From Candidatus Zixiibacteriota bacterium (GTDB taxonomy: Bacteria > Zixibacteria > MSB-5A5 > GN15 > JAAZOE01), in the NCBI GenBank assembly GCA_041394985.1, contig JAWLBI010000001.1, positions 4,292,855-4,356,854 of the forward strand: DNA of 64,000 nucleotides, read 5' to 3'. Under the pieces are notes generated by a model that did not search any database, was not told the DNA's origin, and worked only from the letters and a program-made list of their open reading frames with translations. Shown in pieces: positions 37,462 to 48,163 of the stretch. The position numbers and the translations under genes are program-made. The first letter of the stretch is position 1. Each line of letters opens with the position of its first letter.

Positions 37462-38625
37462 TTATGCCGACCTGAGGGAATCGACAATATTCAGATACGC
37501 CGCCCGGATGGCCGGCAGTACCCCGCCGACGAATCCCATCACCAGTGCAAAAACCACCGCCGCGATGACGATATTCGTATTCAGGCTGAATCGAAATGCC
37601 ACATCGGTGAAGGTACTCCAGTTCGTCGTAGACACCTCGACCAATTGCAAAAAGTACGATCCAACAATTCCGAATACGCCGCCCAGTAGCGATAGGACAA
37701 CTGCTTCGAGTAGGAACGATGTTAATATTGCGAATCGGCCGAACCCGAGTGTCCGCAGTGTTCCGATTTCTCTTGTCCGGTTGGCCACTGCAGCATACAT
37801 GGTAATCATCGCACCGACGATTGCGCCCAGACTGAAGATGACGCTGATGATCATTCCCGTGATGCCCATAAAGGTGGAAAACATCTCGGATTGCTCCGCA
37901 TAATACACTTTCTCTTTTTTGACATCCAGCGGAAGCCTCCGGTCGTCCTCGATGCGCTGTTTCAGAGCCGCAAACTGCGTCGTATCGGCCATGCGAAAGG
38001 TCAGCGAGGAATAGATTGGTCGTCTGAAGGCATCGGCCATTTGCTGATACTCACCCCAGACTTCTGATTCGAACCCGGAGTCTTCTCCCTCAAAAACTCC
38101 GACTATCGTCCAGTTGCGAGCGCCGAAGCGGACTGTCTCGCCGAGACCGCATCCCTTGAATTTCTCCGCGATCTTGCGACCGGCGATAATTTCGGATCCG
38201 GGATCCTGCCACATCCGCCCCTCGACGATTTTAACATCCGGGCGCAACTCAAATGATTTTTCGGTGATACCCCGGACCGTAACATTGCCGTCCTCATTCG
38301 TCGCGCGAGTCGGAACCGTAATCAGAACAAAAACCTCGTGCGTGATCAGAGGCGTTCCATCCTTGGCCTTGGCGATTTCCGGGAAGGTCTGAACTATTTG
38401 TCCCTGTTCCAGATTTATAATCGACATGACTTCCGATTGTGATGCCTTGCGGATACAAATGACATTATCGTCATTGCCGGTACTGACCAGCGTCTCGGTC
38501 ATGCCGTTCGTGAGCATCTGTGACCCGCAGAATACGAAAACGACCAGGGCGATACCGAAAATCGTCAAACCTGATGTCACCTTGCGGTTCAGGATATTTC
38601 TGAATGTATAGCTTGGAGGAATCAT
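37462..38625 (-). CDS. ABC transporter permease (FtsX/MacB-type)
   Basis: N-terminal TM helix, large periplasmic domain, C-terminal FtsX-like 3-TM bundle. 387 aa. Confidence 0.75.
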   Translation of the reverse strand: MIPPSYTFRNILNRKVTSGLTIFGIALVVFVFCGSQMLTNGMTETLVSTGNDDNVICIRKASQSEVMSIINLEQGQIVQTFPEIAKAKDGTPLITHEVFVLITVPTRATNEDGNVTVRGITEKSFELRPDVKIVEGRMWQDPGSEIIAGRKIAEKFKGCGLGETVRFGARNWTIVGVFEGEDSGFESEVWGEYQQMADAFRRPIYSSLTFRMADTTQFAALKQRIEDDRRLPLDVKKEKVYYAEQSEMFSTFMGITGMIISVIFSLGAIVGAMITMYAAVANRTREIGTLRTLGFGRFAILTSFLLEAVVLSLLGGVFGIVGSYFLQLVEVSTTNWSTFTDVAFRFSLNTNIVIAAVVFALVMGFVGGVLPAIRAAYLNIVDSLRSA

Positions 38626-38637
38626 GATTCGTCCCTT

Positions 38638-39795
38638 TTAATCCACTACTCGCAAACCGTCAACGATTCTTATGCGCAGCGCCCGCTGTATCGGGAAAAT
38701 CGCCGCAATGAGACCGACAATGACAGCCGTTATCAAACAGACTATAAACGTTGTCGGTTCGACCGTAAATCCCGGGAAGAACTGCTTGAGTCCCTCCTTC
38801 GCGACATTCGCGGCCATTTCCAACAGTCCCATTCCGATAACACCGCCGATGATGGCAATCAACAGTGATTCACCCAGAATCAGACCTGCCAGATGATAGC
38901 CTCGGAAACCGAGTGTCTTCATAAACGCATTTTCAGAAATTCGCTCGCGAGCCGTCATCGTCATAGTGTTAACGAGCACCATCAGAATAACACCAATGAT
39001 GAGGTACGATACGATTCGCAGGCCGAGAATAATCGCACTCGACAATTCGATAAAGCTCATCTGAAATTCCTTTTCCGTCTCGGTTCTGGTCTCGGCCCAA
39101 GAGTTATCGAATTGTTTATCGACTGCGGCACTTATTTGCGCGGAACGACTCGGATCATCGATTTGTAATGCGTACCAACCAACCTCACCGGCTCGTCCCG
39201 GTGACTGCTGTCGCATCGTCTCGTCAAGATAATCGTGGCGCATATAAAAAATCGTCTCATCCGTATCCGTCCGGGCGCCGGTGTAAATTCCTCGGATGAT
39301 AAAATCCCAGTCCCCCGGATACACCGTTCCGATAAGCGTCACTTTATCGCCGATCGACCATCCGAACCGGTCGGCCAGCCCCTGTCCGACAATTACCGCT
39401 TTCCGCTCATTCTTAAATGCCTCGAACTGCTCCGGGGAAATTAAAAATTCCGGGAAGATATCGAAATAATTCGTGTGATCGATACAGAACTGCGGAAAGA
39501 AATTCGACGGATCCACATAGAAACCGCCGAACCAGTTGGCGTATGTCACCGCCTTGACGCCTTCGACCTTCAACAGTCGCTCTTTATACGACATGGGAAG
39601 TGTAAAAACGATGGAAACAGCGTGGCGGGTAATTAGTCTGTCGGGCGCCGCTGCCCTCGCCCCGGCATACCAGGCGGAAATGAATGTCTTGATGAGCCCG
39701 AAGGCCATCACCGCGAGGGCAATGCCGAGAATCGTCAAGAACGTCCGCAGCTTATGCCGAAAGGCGTTTTTATAAACCAATTTAAAGACTTTCAT
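38638..39795 (-). CDS. ABC transporter permease (FtsX/MacB-type)
   Basis: Same architecture as 37462..38625. 385 aa. Confidence 0.75.
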   Translation of the reverse strand: MKVFKLVYKNAFRHKLRTFLTILGIALAVMAFGLIKTFISAWYAGARAAAPDRLITRHAVSIVFTLPMSYKERLLKVEGVKAVTYANWFGGFYVDPSNFFPQFCIDHTNYFDIFPEFLISPEQFEAFKNERKAVIVGQGLADRFGWSIGDKVTLIGTVYPGDWDFIIRGIYTGARTDTDETIFYMRHDYLDETMRQQSPGRAGEVGWYALQIDDPSRSAQISAAVDKQFDNSWAETRTETEKEFQMSFIELSSAIILGLRIVSYLIIGVILMVLVNTMTMTARERISENAFMKTLGFRGYHLAGLILGESLLIAIIGGVIGMGLLEMAANVAKEGLKQFFPGFTVEPTTFIVCLITAVIVGLIAAIFPIQRALRIRIVDGLRVVD

Positions 39796-40475
39796 CGGTC
39801 CAGCACTCCCTTGTTCAAATGGCGAATCAGTTCGGCCTTTTCGGCCGCACTCGGATCGTGCGTAACCATGATAATCGTCTTATTAAATTCCTTATTGAGC
39901 CGTCCCAGCAGCGTCATAATTTCCTCGGCCGACTGCTTATCCAGATCACCGGTCGGCTCATCGGCGAGAATAATTGACGGATCGGATACGATGGCCCGCG
40001 CAATCGCAACGCGCTGTTCCTGACCGCCGGACAATTGCCGGGGATAATGTTTCATCCTGTCACCCAATCCGACTATTGATAGGGCCGTCTCGACATGCTG
40101 GCGGCGCTCCTTTCCAGACAGATTGGTCAATAATAGCGGCAATTCGACGTTCTCGTATGCCGTGAGAACCGGGAGCAGATTATAAAATTGAAAGACAAAT
40201 CCGATATGCCGGGATCGCCACTTGGCCATATCGCCATCGGATAAGCGGGAAATATCCTCTCCGGCCACGGATAAATGGCCCGCCGTCGGTTGATCAATAC
40301 CGGCAAGCAGATTCAATAGTGTTGTTTTACCCGACCCGGATGGTCCCATCAGGGCCAAGAATTGCCCGGTCGGTACATCCAGATCGATTCCGTGCAAAAC
40401 GGGTATTTCCATCGCCCCGCGAAAATATGATTTCGTCACACCGGAGAGCTTAACCATTGTCTCAGACATACACAT
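39792..40475 (-). CDS. ABC transporter ATP-binding protein (MacB/LolD-like)
   Basis: Walker [10 protein letters not shown], signature LSGGQEQR, Walker [12 protein letters not shown]. 227 aa. Confidence 0.88.
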   Translation of the reverse strand: MCMSETMVKLSGVTKSYFRGAMEIPVLHGIDLDVPTGQFLALMGPSGSGKTTLLNLLAGIDQPTAGHLSVAGEDISRLSDGDMAKWRSRHIGFVFQFYNLLPVLTAYENVELPLLLTNLSGKERRQHVETALSIVGLGDRMKHYPRQLSGGQEQRVAIARAIVSDPSIILADEPTGDLDKQSAEEIMTLLGRLNKEFNKTIIMVTHDPSAAEKAELIRHLNKGVLDR

Positions 40476-40482
40476 CTATCCC

Positions 40483-41676
40483 TTATTGAGAAATTTCTAT
40501 TTTGTCGCCAGATTTCAGGCCACCCGGGGGAGACAGCACAACAGTCTGTCCCGCCGACAGTCCCGATACGATTTCGGTTTCATCTCCCATCCGACGACCG
40601 ATAGTGATCGCCTGCTGCGAGACATATTCGCCGTCGACGACAAATGCCACCGTCTGGCCGTCTCGGGATGTAATCGCACCATGATCCACGACTAATACGG
40701 GCTCGACATATTGATCCTCGCCGGATTTCTCCGGAAGGAAATTCACGCGCGCCGACATTTCCGGCAATACCTTGTCATCCAGATTGGAAAACGCAACTTT
40801 GACCATCACGGTCGCCCGCGAGCGATCCGCAGTAGGAACAATTTTCTTGACGAATCCGGCATAAGTCACATCCGGATAGGCGTCTAAAATGATTTCACAC
40901 GGCGCGCCGATCTTAACCTTTTGAATATTCGACTCGGACACATCGGCCTCGACCTCCAGTGACCGCATATCCGCAATCGTTACGACTGCGCCCCGGGAAG
41001 ATGCCGACGATGCAAATGGCGCGACCATTTCACCGACATCGGCATTTTTTGTCAGGACTGTTCCATCAAACGGCGCCTTGATAATTGTGTACTCAAGGTC
41101 CACTTCGGCGGCTCGCACAGCCGCCCGCGACGCCTTTACGGATGCCGCCGCCTTGGCAAACGCGGCAGTGGCTGCTTCCACGACTTCAGCAGTCGTATAA
41201 TCGGATTCCCTGAGTTTTATCTGCCGCCGCAGGTTGAGCTCCGTCTCGATCGAATCGGCCAGGGACAAGCTCAGATTCGCCTCGGCAATTGCAAGCTGCG
41301 CCTTGATATCTTCGTTGTACAACTCGGCCAGTACTTCATCTTTCGTGACGACATCGCCCTCTTCGACGTTGAGGACCCGCAGTCGCCCGGTCGCTTTCGA
41401 TGCGACCGCCGCCTTTACCTGGGCGACGACATAGCCGGTCGCCACCAACTCCGCTGTAGCATTACTGCCGGTAATCGTATAGGCCGTGGCCGTCCGAACC
41501 TTCAGTGACGGGCGGATTTCTCGAATCGATGCCTGATAGGCAAAATATCCGATAATGATCACCGGAACCCAGAGAAGGTGGAGCCATCGCTTCCATCGGC
41601 CGGGGGGTTTTGTTTTTTTTGAGCGGTCTATTTTCAATGCGGATAAATCCGCACCATGAGCATTCGAATCCGTCAT
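40483..41676 (-). CDS. efflux transporter periplasmic adaptor subunit (MacA/HlyD family)
   Basis: N-terminal TM anchor, coiled-coil hairpin, beta-barrel and MP domain pattern. First gene of the minus-strand efflux operon. Confidence 0.75.
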   Translation of the reverse strand: MTDSNAHGADLSALKIDRSKKTKPPGRWKRWLHLLWVPVIIIGYFAYQASIREIRPSLKVRTATAYTITGSNATAELVATGYVVAQVKAAVASKATGRLRVLNVEEGDVVTKDEVLAELYNEDIKAQLAIAEANLSLSLADSIETELNLRRQIKLRESDYTTAEVVEAATAAFAKAAASVKASRAAVRAAEVDLEYTIIKAPFDGTVLTKNADVGEMVAPFASSASSRGAVVTIADMRSLEVEADVSESNIQKVKIGAPCEIILDAYPDVTYAGFVKKIVPTADRSRATVMVKVAFSNLDDKVLPEMSARVNFLPEKSGEDQYVEPVLVVDHGAITSRDGQTVAFVVDGEYVSQQAITIGRRMGDETEIVSGLSAGQTVVLSPPGGLKSGDKIEISQ

Positions 41677-41906
41677 ACATTCACCTGAAGTCTAAAGCTG
41701 CGCGTGTGCTGCCCTATTATACATAAAATGGCGACCATCGCCATCACATATTCTCTCAACCTACGAATCAGGGCAGAAAAGGTTGCCGCCGAAACGACGG
41801 CCACATTATTCGCTCGTAAGTATACTATTTTCTTATTGTTAATGCAATACTCCGCCGGCGTATCTTATCCGGCGGAGTTTTGTTCTGATATTTTGACTTG
41901 TGCCGA

Positions 41907-43601
41907 TTAATCTGAATTGACGAACCAGTGCGATGCCAGCCGCTCGGTCACCTCGACGATTTCCTTATTCCGCTCGCTTAAGGCATCGCGCTCGATCAAG
42001 CCATGGATCGCATTATGCAATAATACCATTTTATCGCGAACCGGTATCAACGCCGGATAATACTCATTGTTGAAGAAAATCCGGAACCGCTCGGATAAAA
42101 ATTCATCATCCAGCATGCCGCCGATGACTTTCTCCAAATCGCCGCCTTCGAGGTCGTACAGTTGCTCCTTGGGCGGAACCATGAGACCAATCGAATACTG
42201 GAGACTCTGCTTGGCCTTGAATTCCATCGACCAGCACTGCATGATGCCAAGAGATGTGATGACGACGACTGTTACTTTCACCGTACGGCCTTCGTGATTT
42301 GCCTGCACCCCCTTGGCCATCGGAACATAATAATTATCGGTGATGGATCCGAAGGCGCTGATGCCGCCGGCAAACGGGTCTTCCATGATATCGAAGATCG
42401 TGAAGTACGGTTTGCGCTCGAACCTGGCATCCTGAATCGTCATGAACTCTTCTTCGGTAAAATGGAATCGCTCTTTCCATCTCTCATCCGGTGTCAAATT
42501 CGGATTGGTCAACACCGTCTGGCTGGTTAACATGCCCAGCGCCTGGCCGCCTCGCCAGACCAATGGCAGTGCGCCCAGCGCCCACTCAGCGCTGCCGCCG
42601 ATTTCACCGATCATCGAGTTCAATTCACGTCCGTCCGGGAAGTGTAAACCATCCAGCCCTAACACTAATCCCGGCATCAGGTCACCGTCCTGATCGAACG
42701 GCGTCGCGATTCCGGCCTTATGCAGTTTTTCGAACGCCGGTGTGTGACGAGGGCGATCCAGGAAAAAGGCGCTCAAGTCCTCTATTTGCTTGGCCGGATG
42801 ATAGGATTCCGCTATAATCTTGGCGGCACCCAACAGTCCCTCTTCGCGCGGATTAAATTCCTTGAAATACCCACCGCTGGCCCAGCGTTGGACATAAATA
42901 TCCGGAAGATGTCGTTTGACACCCGATTCGGTCACGAACAGTGCGGTCATACTGGAGTGAATTCCCTTGACCGATTTCGTCGTTCCCTCGACAACGTCAC
43001 TGCCCATGGACAACAACGTAACATTCTGCGGCATGGCCAAGCCATACTGTGACCGGTGGCGTTCCTTGCCGAAGACGGCGCCGACCGCAATCGTCGGATT
43101 GCCGCCCGGCTCCTTACCCGGCTTGGCTCGCGCGCCTTCCGTGATCGTCGATTCGATGAGCACTTCCTCGCCGACGGGCAGCGTCTCCGTCGTCGTCTGT
43201 AAAACTTCGGATATCACCTGAGCCGCTGTTCTGTCATTGGCGCGCTTGAGTTTATTGGTCAATTCTTTTGTGACATGCTCTTTCGGGACTTTGTTCAGGC
43301 TTCCGCACCCGTGCAGGCCGACGGCGATTGCGGATAAGGCGGCAGAGAGAATAACCGACTGCCGCAACTGCCGATTGCGAAGCGCCCCCAGGTTGGACTT
43401 TTCATTTACCTTATCGCTGAGCGTGTAAATCGTGCAGGTTTTCAGCTCCATATCATAATTACCGAGAGCCGCTTTGTGCCGATGATTGAATTCGACGATT
43501 TGATCCGCCGTAAATTTGTCTTCTGCACTGGGCCCCTCGTATACCAGCCGCTTGTCGGCAATATTGAACAATAAATCACTCATGGGTAACTTCCGCCTCA
43601 C
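41907..43601 (-). CDS. GlpX-like (class II fructose-1,6-bisphosphatase superfamily) domain protein with internal lipobox and a ~200-aa C-terminal extension
   Basis: The central region aligns by eye to the GlpX motifs: D-x-x-EGT (GSDVVEGTT), LDRPRH (compare LAKPRH), GEIGGSAEW (compare GIGGAPEG). ~75 aa into the ORF there is a lipoprotein-like signal, LSAALSAIAVGLHGCGS. 564 aa. Confidence 0.4.
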   Translation of the reverse strand: MRRKLPMSDLLFNIADKRLVYEGPSAEDKFTADQIVEFNHRHKAALGNYDMELKTCTIYTLSDKVNEKSNLGALRNRQLRQSVILSAALSAIAVGLHGCGSLNKVPKEHVTKELTNKLKRANDRTAAQVISEVLQTTTETLPVGEEVLIESTITEGARAKPGKEPGGNPTIAVGAVFGKERHRSQYGLAMPQNVTLLSMGSDVVEGTTKSVKGIHSSMTALFVTESGVKRHLPDIYVQRWASGGYFKEFNPREEGLLGAAKIIAESYHPAKQIEDLSAFFLDRPRHTPAFEKLHKAGIATPFDQDGDLMPGLVLGLDGLHFPDGRELNSMIGEIGGSAEWALGALPLVWRGGQALGMLTSQTVLTNPNLTPDERWKERFHFTEEEFMTIQDARFERKPYFTIFDIMEDPFAGGISAFGSITDNYYVPMAKGVQANHEGRTVKVTVVVITSLGIMQCWSMEFKAKQSLQYSIGLMVPPKEQLYDLEGGDLEKVIGGMLDDEFLSERFRIFFNNEYYPALIPVRDKMVLLHNAIHGLIERDALSERNKEIVEVTERLASHWFVNSD

Positions 43602-43710
43602 TGTCCTATGCTATCAGTTTAATATCAAAGATATTTTCATCTTTATTGCCAAGAGTACGAAATGATATTCAGCTATCGCAACAGAAAAAAGTATCGTCCG
43701 GTTCCTCAAA

Positions 43711-44886
43711 CTATAAAAGATACGAAAGCCCGAGAACCAGCGCAAATACTATCAACGTGGCCCATATCAGTCCCAGAATGAGTCTCCGAATTGACGTACG
43801 GAAAAACTCACATGTCACCACCACACAGGGGTGTGCAGGCGACATGATATACCCGAAATACACGCCGACATACAACAGGGCAAAAATCCCTGGCGAAATC
43901 GAATTCCCCGACCCTAAATAGATCGGAATGATAATCGAGGCCGGTAATTGCACACGCCCGGTAAATAATCCTAACAGGAATCCTGCCGTCACCGAGAGCG
44001 GTAGAAGCGGCAGCGGCAATTGCGCAATCGCCTCGCCCGCATTCGTTTGCTCGAATATGTGCTGATACAGAAACATCCCGATGATAATCAGCGAAAAATT
44101 CCACGGCTTCGCCTTTTTTATAAGCGGCACGATATCACATCGCTTCTTGCTGAATGCTAATGAAAGAACTATAGCCGTCACAACGCCTATAAGGGTTGCA
44201 ACCGCGCCCATGTCGATCCCTTTTTTCAGCGAAAAATCCAAAATCGGCGCAATCGTGATAATGATAAGCGGCACGAACAACTTCCGGGCGGAAAACTCGC
44301 CGACAAACCGAGGCGTCCCGGTCACACGGCGCAGGAAAAACCAATATCCTAATATAGCTGCCAGCACCGCAAACGGGACGATATAGAGAATAGCAACATA
44401 AATATCGAGGTTGGACATCCTTGTGGCGACTATCAACGCCGGTTCCAGCGGATAAATCAGAATAAACAGGTGCCGGTACCAGACATTGATGAGCGCCTTC
44501 AACTCACCGGAGACGCCCTCGCCGGCCCGGTCGACAATCGGCGCCGATAGCAGCGCTCCGCCGGGCATTGGCAACAATCCCATGAGGGCTGCCGAGAATG
44601 GTAAAACGAATCGCCGAGAAAAGCGCACATTGTTTATCAGGTCATCGATCTGGCCGCTCTGCTTCATAGTCCCGCCCAGGAGCGGAATCAATCCCATCGC
44701 TACGGCCAGTATTAATATCGTCGGATTCAATACCGTCAGCCGAATCTGCTCGATCACGGCTGATATCGGAATCGCAAACAATCCCAGGACGACCGCCCCG
44801 AAAATCAGTCCCAGCGGCAGGTTTTTCCGCGATATCAGCAGAATCACCGCCAGGGATAATACAAACCCGGCCCATAGCATAGTCAT
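43711..44886 (-). CDS. DUF401-like integral membrane protein (putative transporter)
   Basis: About 12 TM helices. Conserved LPMPGGALLSAP motif. The start is set at the internal Met (ATG at 44886 on the minus strand). Confidence 0.4.
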   Translation of the reverse strand: MTMLWAGFVLSLAVILLISRKNLPLGLIFGAVVLGLFAIPISAVIEQIRLTVLNPTILILAVAMGLIPLLGGTMKQSGQIDDLINNVRFSRRFVLPFSAALMGLLPMPGGALLSAPIVDRAGEGVSGELKALINVWYRHLFILIYPLEPALIVATRMSNLDIYVAILYIVPFAVLAAILGYWFFLRRVTGTPRFVGEFSARKLFVPLIIITIAPILDFSLKKGIDMGAVATLIGVVTAIVLSLAFSKKRCDIVPLIKKAKPWNFSLIIIGMFLYQHIFEQTNAGEAIAQLPLPLLPLSVTAGFLLGLFTGRVQLPASIIIPIYLGSGNSISPGIFALLYVGVYFGYIMSPAHPCVVVTCEFFRTSIRRLILGLIWATLIVFALVLGLSYLL

Positions 44887-45027
44887 GGCCGTAGTATTGT
44901 GCAAACAAGGCCGGAAATCAATGCCTGACACAAAGATAATTACTTATTTGCCTTTGGGAGAAAATGCCGTATGTTTATGTATAAAGACCAATAAGAGCAT
45001 TGACTGAAATCCAGGAGTTTTTCCAAT

Positions 45028-46218
45028 ATGACGCGCTTCATCCTGCCGGTGCTGACCTGTATTATCTTCCTCTTTTCGACTATTCAATCCATCGAACTAA
45101 TCGAGACACTCGACGAGGCGAAATCCCTGTCGGCCGCCTCCGGCAAGCCGATATTGATTGAATTCTATCGCGAGGACTGTGAATACTGCGCCAAGGCGGC
45201 CGAGGAGGAACAGCGCAATACCGATATACAGGACGCGCTCAAGGATTTTCTCTATGTCAAACTCTGTGTCCAATACGGCGAAGGCGAGGCGCTCGTCGAT
45301 ACCTACAAGGTCGGCAGCACATTCCCCCTGTACATAGTCGCCAATGCCCGCGGCGAGGTCATCTCGCGATGGGCCGGATTCGGCGGGGCCCAGCGGCAAA
45401 TCAGTTCGCTGAAAACGGCATTGCGCGATCAGACTTCGGTTGAGGAACGCACGGCGCGCTTCCAGTCCGCCCCGAACTTCCGCGACGCCCTCGTGCTCGC
45501 GAAATATTATTCCGACTCCCAGCAAAATGAGGACGCCGTCAAATATTACCGGTTGGCCGAGAAATACAGCAAGGGCGGCCGCGCCGATTACTCCTATCAG
45601 ATATTCTCAAACACCGCGAATCTCGTCTGGTACGATACCTGGTCGTTCGATTCGGTGCTTAAAGCCGCCGATGCCGTCATGGAGAACAAACTTAATACGA
45701 AGGATATTATAAACTGCGTCACCGTCCTCTGCCGTGTGGCTCGGCGCGCCGATAAAACCGACGAATTAAAGCCGTATATGTACGCGGCCCTTGAAGCAAC
45801 CAACGGTACAACCGATGAAAGCCTCCGCGCCAAACATTATGAGCTGGCCATCGACACTATCCTATACATCACCAAAGATATCGGAGCGGCCCTTCGCGTC
45901 AAAGAAGCGACCCTCGGTGACAATTGGCAAAACGATCCGAAGAAATTTTATCCTTACACGCGCTGGTGCCTGGAGCGCGAGATTAATCTTGTTAAGGCGG
46001 AACAGTTCGCCCGCACGGCCGTCGACCGGGTTAACCCGGGAGCTTTCAAGGCGCAGGTACTTCACACACTGGCCTGTATATTGGATATTCGAGGCAAATA
46101 CGATGAAGCCGTCCGATTTATCGAGCTGGCGACTCAGGAGGACCCGGCCAACTCATTCTACGCCTCGGAATACGACCGCATTCTGGCCGACTGGTCAACC
46201 GCCGAGAGCAAAAAATAA
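45028..46218 (+). CDS. secreted thioredoxin-fold protein (CEYC active-site motif) with TPR-like C-terminal domain
   Basis: Signal peptide. ILIEFYREDCEYCAK thioredoxin-like CxxC. Helical repeat C-terminus. Confidence 0.5.
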   Translation: MTRFILPVLTCIIFLFSTIQSIELIETLDEAKSLSAASGKPILIEFYREDCEYCAKAAEEEQRNTDIQDALKDFLYVKLCVQYGEGEALVDTYKVGSTFPLYIVANARGEVISRWAGFGGAQRQISSLKTALRDQTSVEERTARFQSAPNFRDALVLAKYYSDSQQNEDAVKYYRLAEKYSKGGRADYSYQIFSNTANLVWYDTWSFDSVLKAADAVMENKLNTKDIINCVTVLCRVARRADKTDELKPYMYAALEATNGTTDESLRAKHYELAIDTILYITKDIGAALRVKEATLGDNWQNDPKKFYPYTRWCLEREINLVKAEQFARTAVDRVNPGAFKAQVLHTLACILDIRGKYDEAVRFIELATQEDPANSFYASEYDRILADWSTAESKK

Positions 46219-46361
46219 TCATCGACCTTTTATTCCTTGATTGAACCCGAATCGTTTCTTACCATGTAAGAAATCTGTTGCGTTGTGAACACTTTTTTCT
46301 TCGATTACGGCTGTGATGCGTAATACAGGAAGGAACGCTTAACTATTTTGGAGATACAATA

Positions 46362-46913
46362 ATGCCTGAAATGGATGAACTCTACCGCATGCTGTTGCTT
46401 TCAGTAGGTGAGGATCCCAACCGGGACGGCCTCAGAAAAACGCCCCAAAGAGCCGCCCGCGCCTTTCAGTTTCTGACCAAGGGTTATAAAGAAGACATCG
46501 GTCAACTGATCAATGACGCGCTGTTCGAATCGGAAAACAAGGAAATGGTCGTCGTGAAAAACATCGAGCTGTATTCGATGTGCGAACACCACCTTCTGCC
46601 GTTTATCGGCAAGGCGCATGTCGGCTATATTCCGAACGGCAAAGTCCTTGGGCTATCGAAAATCGCCCGTCTGGTCGATGCCTTCGGCCGCCGCCTGCAA
46701 ATTCAGGAAAATCTGACCAAGCAGATCGCCGAGACGATTCAGGAGTATACCGGAGCCCTCGGCGTGGCCGTCGTTGTCGAGGCCCAGCATCTCTGTATGA
46801 TGATGCGCGGGGTAGAAAAACAGAATTCGGTCATGACGACCTCCTGCCTGCTCGGCGAACTTCATGACGACCCGGCGACCAGATCCGAATTCCTGCATCT
46901 TATCGATAAATAG
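46362..46913 (+). CDS. folE: GTP cyclohydrolase I
   Basis: 183 aa. MCEHHLLPF and the GKAHVGYIP...KIAR signature of FolE type I. Confidence 0.9.
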   Translation: MPEMDELYRMLLLSVGEDPNRDGLRKTPQRAARAFQFLTKGYKEDIGQLINDALFESENKEMVVVKNIELYSMCEHHLLPFIGKAHVGYIPNGKVLGLSKIARLVDAFGRRLQIQENLTKQIAETIQEYTGALGVAVVVEAQHLCMMMRGVEKQNSVMTTSCLLGELHDDPATRSEFLHLIDK

Positions 46914-46924
46914 GCGGATGCACG

Positions 46925-48139
46925 ATGCGGCTGACGATCAGCAAAAAATTTGAAATCTCGCTCTCCTATCGCCTGTACAACCCGGCCTGGACCGAGGGAA
47001 AAAATCGGGAAGTCTATGGTCAAAAAGTCGGGACCACTCACGGCTTCGGCGGGAATTTCAATCTATATACGGTCTTCGACGGCCCCGTCGATCCGAAGAC
47101 AGGGATGCTGATTAATGTCGTCATCGTGAAAGAGAGGATCAAACGCCTGCTTGCCGAACGCTACGACCATAAATTTCTCAATCGAGATACGCAGCCGTTC
47201 GATACGATTGTCCCTACTCCAGAGAATATCATTAGGCAGATATTCAAGGAATCTGCGCCATTGTTTGCCGGTGAATCGGCCAATCTCACGGCCTGTCATC
47301 TGACGCTGTCACCATGGGATGAGGCCACGGCCTATGCCAATGGAACGATCGAGAGGCATTATCTGGCCGATTTCTCCGCCGCCCGCAGAACCTATTCCCC
47401 GCATTTAGGCGACGAGGAAAACTCACGCCTTTTCGGTATCGCCGCCTCGCCATCCGGTCATGGACATCATTACACGCTGCGCGTGACTCTGGCTGATTCG
47501 GTAAATGCTGAAACCGGCATGCTCACCGACGATGTAATTGCGCGACGGACAATCAACGACATCGTAGCCGAATTCGATCATCGCAACATTACGACCGATA
47601 TTCCGGAATTCAAGTCAATCCCCAACACGACCGAATGTCTGGCGAGATATTTCTATGATCGGCTAAGCGAAACTCTCCCTGTTACTCGTGTGAAGTTACA
47701 TGAGAATCCCTGGTTTTACTGTGAATACACCGGCAACAATCATGCCGTCATGGGAATAGAAACCAACTTCAATGCCGCTCATCGTTTGCATAGCCCTAAA
47801 TTATCGGACTCAGAAAACTGTGACATTTACGGCAAATGTAACAATCCGGCCGGACACGGTCATCGCTATCGAGTCGAGGCGGCCTTCGACGGGCAAATTG
47901 ACAGGAAGACTGGCATGCTCTATCCGTTGGATATTATCGTTAAAAGCATGTCCGACATCCTAAAAGACTGGAATTACAAACATCTCGATGCCGATACCGG
48001 GGATTTTACCGACATCCCCAGCACCGGCGAAAACATTATCACAATTTTGCAGAATAAGATAAACGAGCGAATAGATTATCCCATGTATCGCCTGCGCCTC
48101 TGGGAGACACCCAACAATCGTTTTACTCTGCGACGCTAA
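46925..48139 (+). CDS. triplicated 6-pyruvoyl-tetrahydropterin synthase (PTPS/QueD-fold) protein
   Basis: Three ~135-aa repeats, each ending in a ...ETGML/KTGML segment. Repeat 3 has the full C-x5-HGH motif (CNNPAGHGH). Repeat 2 has HGH but an Ala at the Cys position. Repeat 1 has only THGFGG. Confidence 0.75.
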   Translation: MRLTISKKFEISLSYRLYNPAWTEGKNREVYGQKVGTTHGFGGNFNLYTVFDGPVDPKTGMLINVVIVKERIKRLLAERYDHKFLNRDTQPFDTIVPTPENIIRQIFKESAPLFAGESANLTACHLTLSPWDEATAYANGTIERHYLADFSAARRTYSPHLGDEENSRLFGIAASPSGHGHHYTLRVTLADSVNAETGMLTDDVIARRTINDIVAEFDHRNITTDIPEFKSIPNTTECLARYFYDRLSETLPVTRVKLHENPWFYCEYTGNNHAVMGIETNFNAAHRLHSPKLSDSENCDIYGKCNNPAGHGHRYRVEAAFDGQIDRKTGMLYPLDIIVKSMSDILKDWNYKHLDADTGDFTDIPSTGENIITILQNKINERIDYPMYRLRLWETPNNRFTLRR

Positions 48140-48163
48140 TGATAACCGGAAAGGACATTAATC

